Shown one piece after another: positions 35,232 to 43,160 of a stretch of 43,160 nt of DNA. The translations under genes were made by a program, and so were the position numbers. The notes beneath the pieces were generated by a model. The model searched no databases, was not told where the DNA came from, and saw only the letters and a list, made by a program, of their open reading frames with translations. This stretch comes from Spirogloea muscicola (taxonomy: Eukaryota): assembly GCA_009602725.1 (NCBI GenBank), contig WELB01000015.1:396770-439929 (forward strand). Direction: 5' to 3'. The stretch's first letter is position 1. Each line of letters opens with the position of its first letter.

Positions 35232-38200
35232 AGAAAGGGCTCGCCCATAGAGAAGAGGGGCTGGCAAAGCCAGCCCAAAAAGAATGGACAATGTTCAAAG
35301 CCAAAGAAAGAGATGCCAAAGAAGGACTACTCTACCAAACACAACAGCACACTAGGGAAGCTCAATACCCACGAGTGAGCAACAGCAGGTCAGAACAGCT
35401 CGATGCGGGGAAGGAGGCGCTCCGCCGAGACTCGGAGGCGGCGGCCAGAGCGCGTCCTGCGCGCGTGTGGACTGCGAGGGCAAGGGAACGTTGGAATGAT
35501 ACTGCCAGGCGCATGCTGGAGACTTGGGCGAGCGACCCGGCGGCGTTGAAGCCGGGCAGCGCCCCGGGCAGACCCGACCTCCGGTCAATAGCCTGACGGG
35601 CAAGCCGCTCGAGGAGATCCAGCCAGCGGCTGCCGAACGCCCCGTGGACGTCGATCGCCAAGGCCGCGAACTCGTCGCCAACCGGGTGGTCAGCGTATTT
35701 GCGCTCTTTTCCCCGGGCCGCCAGGCCTACCGCATGCCCTGCAAGCGACGCCGACTTGGTGGGGTTGCCGGAGTCGAAGCAGTCTGTTGTCACGACGTCG
35801 GCGATGATGCGGGAGCCGCCGCGGCGGGATAGCGACCAGGTCGGCGCGTCGGGTGTGGGGCAGGCCGTCCGCGCCCCGCTGGATTGGCATTACTGAGGAG
35901 TTTTCCACCGCCACCTTGAAGCCCGCCTCGATGAACACCCACTGCATACCATCGCGCAGAAGATCATGGGAAGCGGTCCGCTCGCCCCCGTGTGCGCAAC
36001 GGAGCATGTGCGCGGCCAGCTCTGCAGGGTCGGCGTGCCGGGCGCCGCACTCGCACTGTGTGACACCCACGAGGCAGGGAGGGAGGAGTCCCAAGAGCCG
36101 CTGCACCGCCGTCCGGAAGACCTCATCGGGCATGGTAAGTGCTGCGTAGAGTGGGAGCGCTTGGAGCCACGCCGCCGCCCCAGGGGAAGAGGCGGAAAGA
36201 AGCCGAGCACGCCCGCGAACGTCAGACGGAGGGAGAAGCTCCACCGCCTGGTCAGAGGCCGCCTTCTCGACCAACGCCGTGAAGCGTGCCTGGGCACGCT
36301 GGTCGGGGGTGTGGGCGAGGTGCGGGAAGGGAACAGTCTGCCCTGACATGTTGGGGTGGACCGCCAGGAGCCTGTCGCGGGCAGTGCGGAGGGCGACTTG
36401 GGAAGGGTAGTGGGCCTGTCTCCACGTCAGCTGCCGCCCGCTCCAGGGCGCGTTGTCCGTGGACGAGGAACCTCTGACACATGGGGGCTGCCACCTGCGC
36501 CCAGCTTCCCAGGAAGGCCGCCTCACAGACACGGGCAACTGAGCCGCATCCCAGGCCGCCACGACTGGTCGGCAGGCTGGCCTGCAGCTGCGCAGCTGAA
36601 GTGGTGAGGAACGCTGGGTGCTGCACGAGGGAGGCTGCGGCCGCCATGATGCCGGAGTCGAAGGCCTCATACGCTGCTGTCACCGCCGGTGAGGGAGGGA
36701 CGGTGCGGGCCAGGTAATGGGGCCGCTGCGCGATGCAACGGGTCAGCATGGCGGTTGCCAGCTGCATGTCTTGCAGCGTGTGCAGGCGGTCCGCTGGCCG
36801 GAGGTGGTCCTGCAGCCGCACCTGCAGCTGCTCCGCCACGAAGGCAGGTGTGCCCAGGGGGACGCCGAGGAGAGTTAGGCCCTCGGCCGGTGTCTGGCAG
36901 CCCACGGGCAGGCCCAGGTGGGCTGGCAGGGGACCCGCAGGGGACCAGGCGCTGCACTTGTCCGCCCTGATGTCCAGGCCGATCGCGCCCAGCTGCACCT
37001 GGAGGGTAGCAAAGGCAGCCACGACGTCTGCAGGCGGTCCCACCAGAGTGGTATCATCTGCGTACGTCGGCACCAGCACGCCAAGGTGAGCCGCGACCGT
37101 TGCCTGGAGCGCGCGGTGGTGTGCCAGCGCGTAGTAGAATCCCGCGAGTGGATCCCCTTGACGTGCACCCCTGGTGGAGTGGAGGGTCTCCACCTCTCCC
37201 CCCCCTGTCCGCCACAGCAGGTTGCTTGGCTGACCGTACCCCAGCCTGAAGAAGGGTAGAAGGCTGGGGAAGGCCTCGCGCAGCGCCTCCGCGATGACAT
37301 CCCGATCAACGCTGTTGAAAGCATTGCGGACATCGACTGCCAAGGCCACCCACTCGGGGTGCAGGTCCAGTGAGGCCCGTACCCCGTGCACGACCGTCTC
37401 GCCGCCGCTCCGCAGCCCTGCGCCGAACTGCTGAGGCACCAGGTGTGCTTGGGCCTGCCCCGCGTGCTGTTGCCAGCAGAGTGCGCGCCCCACCAGACGG
37501 TAGACTACCTCCCCGATGGCGATGGGCCGGACCCCTCCGCCGGCCTTGCTGAGCGCCAGCAGTGTGCTGGTGCACAGGACGGCCCGAATGCTAGCTGGGA
37601 CCTGGTCGCGGGCGAGGAGCTGGCACACCTGGTGGAGCGCCGCGAAGTCGGCAGGGTCCCCCTCCAAGAAGATTTCCCGAAGGTGCTCGGTGAGCAGATG
37701 GGAAGGACCTCCAGCGGCTGCGCGGCGGCTGCTCTGCAGGGCCTGCCGCAGGGCGTCGGCGTCGAGGACCACCTCCTCCAGCGGGGTGAAGGTGTCCAGC
37801 CACGGGGGCAGGGGGTTGCGCACCGGAGGGTGCAGGGAGTCCAGGGCCGCCCGCGTGGCGGCGCTGGCGGGCGCCAGCACCGAGTCGTCCAGGGCCTGGA
37901 CCGCCCTGGACAACTCGCCCGCATGACCGAAGCGTAGCGCCCTGCGGACGGTGGCGGCCTCGGCTGGCGCGGCCCGTGCGGCACCACGGTCTGCCGCCGA
38001 GGTGGCCACCGCTGCGTCGTGGCGCGCCAGGAGCTCCTCCCAATGGCCGCCCTCGAACATCTGGACGCGCTCCAGGAGGGGCTGCTGGCCCTGCCGGCGG
38101 CCGTCGTTGGGGACGCGCCCAAGCAGCAGCCGGGGGAAGAGGAGGAAAGCCTTCCAGGCCGCCTCGTCCCGGTGGTCACGGACAATCCGCTGCATCACCG

Positions 38201-38636
38201 GGCGGAGCGCGCGGCGGACGTGCGGGCGCACCCATCGGGGGATGTGGCGGACGAGCGGGAGGGCCGTCTGGCGGAGGACGGCAGCCAGGTCGAGGCCGGC
38301 CAGCCACAGCCAGTGCTGGGGCGTGGGCGGGGGCGGCACAGGAGGGACTGGCCGGCCTGACCGGCCCCTGCGGCCACCACCGGCCGCTGCGCCACTTGCC
38401 TGCTCCGCACGGTTGTTTTGCACACGCAGGCTCTCGCGTGGGATGCTCGGGCGGACCGCGTGGCGTGGGGCTGCTGGCAGTACTGGCATCGCAGCGGGTC
38501 GGGCGGAGGAGGTGGAGGCGACGGCGATGGCGCGGGCTCACTCGGCGAGGGTGGAGGCGGCGGCGGCGGAGGCGGCGCCGATGGCTGGCTCAACAGTGGT
38601 GGGTGCTGGAGTGGCGGAGGCGCCGCCGGCGGCGCG

Positions 38637-38667
<31 letters not shown>

Positions 38668-39314
38668 GGGACGGCGGCCCTGACATCGCTGAGGCGGGAG
38701 GCGATAGAGGCTCCTCCGCGGTGTGCTCTCGAGCAGGGACGGCCTCCTGCACAGAGACGGTGGGGCCGCAGGCCGCGGCTGCCGCAGCCGCCGCCGCGGC
38801 GATGCGGCCGGCGCGCTTCAAACAGGCGTGCGCATGTATCGCCAGTCCATGTGCGTTCTTGCACAATTTGGGGCAGCGGGGGCACTGCACGCCCTCGGGC
38901 TCCACGGGCGGCGGTGGCGGCGGCGGCGGAGTTGGGGGGAGCGATGGCGGCGTTGCGGTGGGCGTCGGTGGCGTGTGGAGAGGGAATGGCGGCGGCGGCG
39001 GCGGAGCGGGCCTGCAGATGAAATGGAGGCAGGAGGCGGCGAGGACGGCGGGAAGCGGCGACGGCGCTGGAGGCGGAGGCGGGGGCGCGGCGCGGGGCTG
39101 TCTGACTCGGGGACGAGGCGCTCTGACAGCCTCGCACTGGTGCTTCGCCAGGAGCGACTCCTGGAGCCACTCCGGGCTCGGACTCCGTCGGCGGCGCGGG
39201 TNCCGCGGACCCCAAGGCGGGCGCCGCCGGCAGCGATACCGGCGGCGGCCCGGGGTTTAGGAGGGGCGGCGGCGGCGGCGGCGGCGCCCACGACCTAGCT
39301 CACTGCCGCACACC
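35232..39314 (-). mobile_element. Near-full-length RLE-type (CRE-like) non-LTR retrotransposon, family A, three frameshifts
   Basis: Two N-terminal zinc fingers (CPRCPKLCKNAHGLAIHAHAC, CQYCQQPHATRSARASHARAC), RT (GARQGDPL, YADD), CCHC, RLE (RRADLV, KERKY), ending LLTRGY* at 35362. Frameshifts near 38425, 36405 and 35822; N at 39202. TSD CCCAGAGA at 35224-35231 and 39315-39322. Confidence 0.92.
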
Positions 39315-40429
39315 CCCAGAGAGCATGGACAAGGTCCTAAGTGTGACGTCCTGATGCCTATACACGCAGTTAGGGGTTGAGGACGCCCTTTTTGGGATTC
39401 TGACCTAGGGTTATCAAGGACTACCCCCCTACAGAGTGAAACGCCTGCGCAGACGGTGCATACTCGCGCACACCACGCAGCGGAAGTCTTACCCTGAGGC
39501 ACCGGCAGAAGGCGGTGACTTTACTGAGGATCTGGCTTAGTAGCTGTCCTCAGATGGCGCAACCATGGTACTTACGGAGAGCCGGCGATGTCCGCAGCGA
39601 CGAGCTGCGGCAACGGGCTGAGCAGCAGATGGCGGCAGCAGAGCTGTGGCGGCGTCTGCGGCAGCAGGCAAGCAGGGCTGTGCCTCTCTCGGCGTCACTG
39701 ATCCGACTGATCCGTCTGGCCTCGGCTTACTACTGATAGAGGACAGCGCTTCCAAATTGACTGGTTGCTGTGAGAGGCCAGCCCAAAAGAGTGGACAAGG
39801 TCTGGAGGGACAGGGTTAGACAGCTAAATCTGCTACACAGGGTGCAGGAATTTACAGGCACCGGTGGGGACGCCCCGAAGTCCCTAAACCCAACGGTGAC
39901 GAGATGATAATGGAAGCGGCACCGTTGGCACGCTCAAACGGAGGGACATTACACTAGCGCCGAAAGGCGCTAAAAGCACACAGCTATGCAAGTGCCTACA
40001 GCGACTGGGAGCTTAGTAACCGCGACTCGGCAGCCGCAAATCGCAGTAAGGTGCAGCTGGAAAGCGTCGGCCTGACAAAACAGAAAAGCAGGCAAAGCTT
40101 GGCCTGTCCGCAAGAGCACTTGCCCTCGCCCTTCTCGCCCCCTTGAATACATCTGCTTCGCATTCTTGGAAAGAGCTACTCTACCTTGGAAGAGCTGCTT
40201 CGACGACGTATCACTGAGCGGCCAATTCGTGCTATTCGCATCCCATTCCCTCTGGACCTCTTCATTCTTTTGTTGGCTGCACATTTGCAGGCCTCGACCC
40301 CATTGTAGAGATGTTCCGTGTTTATGTACCTTCCGGCCCTTTCAACCTTTTTCATTTCTTTCGAACTGGCCTCTCACAGCCACTGCCATACATTGGAAGA
40401 GCTATTCACTCACTGCGAATTAGCCACTT

Positions 40430-41015
40430 TCTTCTCTGCCCTGCCGGTGACAACTGTGGACGTCCATTGCTGGCGATGGATGTGCACAGGGCGTTTGGCG
40501 TTCGGTGGCTGTGGCCTTCCTAACAGCATGCGCATGCGCCTGTCACTTTGCTGCAGTGGTCAATAGCACAGACGTTGCATCTGCATGCCAGTCGCGCGCT
40601 CTGGCTGCAGCCTCTGGATTTAGACTGGGGACTAGTACCCGGACACTAGTTTCTCTGACCTGCGGCTGCTCACTAGGGAATATTGAGCACCGAGTGGCCA
40701 ATTGATTCGCTGTGTGCTTCAGCTCTCTTTTGGCCCCTTCGAACTTTGTTCACATTTTTCTAGGCTGGCCAATAACAGCCATCGCCTTCTACTGGAAAAG
40801 ACCATCTTCCAGGCGGCTTGCACAGCCGGCTATCTATCGTCTACAGGGACTGTCATGCTATATCCCACTCATGACAGAACATCAAGGTGAGCTGCCCGGC
40901 AACAGTGCCGCTGGGTCGCTTGCCCAGGTGTTCCGCATGTGGCTTAACATCTTCTATCGACGTTTCAGGCTTAGGCGGTGCATGCCGGCGAGGGGCGCTT
41001 TGGCTGCTACTTATT
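40430..41015 (+). mobile_element. Decayed CRE-like RLE/3' fragments
   Basis: LAMDVHRAFGVRWL, RALAAASGFR, LPGNSAAGSLAQVFRM; tail near 40730-40810. Confidence 0.7.
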
Positions 41016-41229
41016 GAATTCGTCGGATTAATTCCTTTCCAGCTGCAACTTACTCCAACTTGCGGCTCCTGACTTGGCTCCCATCCGCTGTAATCTCTTG
41101 CATAGCTGTCTGTCCTTAGCGCCTTCCGGCCCTTTGATCCTTGTCCAATCATTTCTGGGCTGGCTTCTCACAGGACTCGCCCCTCTTTGGAAGAGCTTGT
41201 TGCACCCAGCCCAATGCGCCATCAAGGCT

Positions 41230-41700
41230 GAGTATGCGGTCGCCTGCGCTGCTCGGGCTAAGGAGCTCAAGTATGCCGATCATCCGCGGGAATACGACTT
41301 CTTCTCGCTGGCTATCGACAAGCATGGGGCGTTGGGCGCTCGGTGGCTCGAGCTGCTCAACCAGCTCGCCCGCCACGCCATCGTCTGCCGCTTCCATGGG
41401 AGCCGGTGGACTTTCCTGCAGCCGGGTCGCTTGCGCAGGTGAACCGAATGCGCTTCACTGCTGCCTCTGGCCAGGGGACCCACTTCCAGGAGCCTAGCTT
41501 CTCTGACCTCCAGCTGCTTAGCAGGGGTTACTGAGTGATTCGTAGCCGCTTAATTTCGTTGTGTGCTTGTTTTTCTTAGCGCTTCCCCTGGCCCCCTTCT
41601 CGTCGGCCCCCTTCTCGTCCTTTGTTCATTCTTTTTCGGGCTGGCTTGTCCAGCCCCTATCCTCAATGGGCGAGCCCTCTCCTATTACTTCTTCTCTTTG
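41230..41700 (+). mobile_element. Family-D CRE-like 3' fragment with internal deletions
   Basis: AARAKELKYADHP..LAIDKHGALGARWLELL, AAGSLAQV, GQGTHFQEPSFSDLQLLSRGY*, followed by the tail. Confidence 0.85.
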
Positions 41701-42064
41701 CAGAAGTCACGGACAGCAGTTTCATGTATGTTGCTCCTTTCGGCCCTTACCATGTAGCCTTGTTTAGTCTGCACTCGACTCTGCCTGAACAATGTATTGG
41801 CTTGAATTGGCCTCCCTTTCAATTCATGCGCCCCGCGCGCCTTCTCTCTTTCGGCCCTTTCAGAGGGCGTTCGTTGGGCTGGCCTCGCACAGCCGTTGAC
41901 TTACATTGATGCATTTGTCTATGACGGGCTGCCAACGGTCTACCTGTGACGATACGTCACTAGGTGTGAATTGTTAGCCCAATCGTCTCCTTGGCTATAC
42001 ATAATATATCTTGGAAACATTGGGCGGTCTTCGACGACAAGTTGAGTATTACGTCTAGGGTTTA

Positions 42065-42850
42065 TGGTGATGGAGTGTGTAATGAGTGATGGAGGGCCTG
42101 AGTTGGCCAAGTACATAGGCAAGCATATTGACAGATTTACATCATCTGTTGCTAAGCTGATCCGCTCAGTAACCACGAGTCAGCACATAGAGGTCGCCAA
42201 CTGATGCCCGAATACCGGACGGCTAATAAGCCCCTGTGCCATTAGCTAAGGCTTGACCACCTTTCTCTTTCGGTCTTCGGCCATTTCAAACCTTGTAAAT
42301 TTGGGCTGACCTCACATATCCATTGCCTTACATCGGTAGAGCTGTCTCTCTTTTTTAATATCTGGTGCCAAAGCATGAGGCTGAAGCTTGCTGCAGACCG
42401 GCAGGCTTAAGGAGATGGAGTGTGTATTAAGTAATGAAGGGCCTGTGTGGCCAAGCACATTGACGGATGTACATCATCTGCTGCTAAGCTGATCCGCTCA
42501 GTATTTACGAGTCAGTACATAGAGGCCGCTAAATGATGCCCGAATACCGGACGGCAATCGACCACCTTCTTGTGCCACCAACTAAGGCTCGACTAGCTCT
42601 CTGATGCTCAAGGGGGGAAATTTCGTGTATTTGAAACAAACGAAGGCCAAAGGCCAAGTACAAAGGCAAGCACATCTGAAGACCTACATAATCTACAGCA
42701 AAGTGACCCGCTCAGTAACCACGGGTCAAAACATAAAGGTCGCTAATCGATGCCTGAATACTAGATGTCAGATACGAAGCCCTTCTGCCACCAACTAGAG
42801 CTCGGCTCAGCTTTCTGGTGCAAGGCATTAATTAGCCTGAGCACGCTGCA
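42065..42850 (-). mobile_element. Three same-orientation family-B 3' fragments (about 42065-42260, 42410-42600, 42645-42850)
   Basis: Each ends in a variant of ASxxxLYVLTRxY* followed by the family-B tail. Confidence 0.85.
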
Positions 42851-42995
42851 AGGGGGGGGGCCCACCAGGCGGCTGAATGCGCGGCCTCGGCCGCTCCTGA
42901 CGGCCGTTTTGCCCGGCGGGCATGCCATGCTCGGGCCCGCTCGCCAGCATGGCCCGTGCGCTGCACCTGCGTGCTGGCCGAGCCCTTGCTGCTGC

Positions 42996-43160
42996 CTCTG
43001 GCTCTGGCCAGGGGAAGCGCTAAGAAACCAAAGCACACAAAGAAAGAAAGCAGCTACAAATTACTCAGTAACCCCTGCTAAGCAGCCGCAAATCAGAGAG
43101 GCTAGGGTCCTGGAAGTGGGTCCCCTGGACAGAGCCAGAGGCAGCAGCGAGGGCTCTCCC
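42996..43160 (-). mobile_element. Family-D CRE-like 3' fragment running off the window end
   Basis: Reverse complement encodes RALAAASGSVQGTHFQDPSLSDLRLLSRGY*. Confidence 0.85.

Noticed and set aside
39250..39262. Telomere targeting by the CRE-like element (GGGTTTAGG near its 5' end), as in Cnl1/MoTeR
   Set aside because: A single unit inside the element; neither TSD lies in telomeric repeats.
37951..39298. Long + strand Ala/Gly/Arg-rich ORFs
   Set aside because: Antisense shadows of the GC-rich retrotransposon ORF.
39150..39314. HDV-like ribozyme at the element 5' end
   Set aside because: I could not assemble the nested double pseudoknot by eye, and the region contains an N. Left untested.
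39345..39445. Possible hammerhead ribozyme (CTGATG inside a stem); also CTGATGAG near 9775 and CTGATGCCCGAA in family B
   Set aside because: No complete CUGAUGA plus stem II plus GAAA core. The family-B motif is the antisense of ORF codons.
42065..42850. CRISPR-like repeat-spacer array
   Set aside because: Units are 150-200 bp, diverged, and encode a retroelement C-terminus. Eukaryotic context with no cas genes.

Overview
Intron-rich, GC-rich eukaryotic DNA. Gene content (SnRK2 with the plant exon layout, RLK/Pelle kinases, TTTAGGG repeats) points to a streptophyte, most likely an alga; this is inference. Host genes are: a low-complexity ORF; an SnRK2 kinase whose exon 1 is missing at an N gap; a secreted papain-EGF-LysM-Cys-rich protease; and a three-member tandem family. 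In that family a small Pro/Gln-rich protein with a LITAF-like Cys/hydrophobic segment occurs once stand-alone and twice spliced in frame to a PERK-like RLK/Pelle kinase (one copy intact, one frameshifted). Intergenic DNA is dominated by RLE-type (CRE-like) non-LTR retrotransposons: one near-full-length copy, one 5'-truncated copy, and many short 3'-end fragments of several families nested in each other with readable target-site duplications (TSDs). Best leads: (1) the anchor-kinase fusion next to its unfused paralog; (2) an intron that is almost entirely a retroelement 3' tail carrying its own donor site and is absent from both paralogs; (3) repeated insertion of these elements into each other's 3' ends, plus a conserved candidate 3' pseudoknot. 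All gene models were built by hand from GT-AG sites and phase checks; no database search was run.
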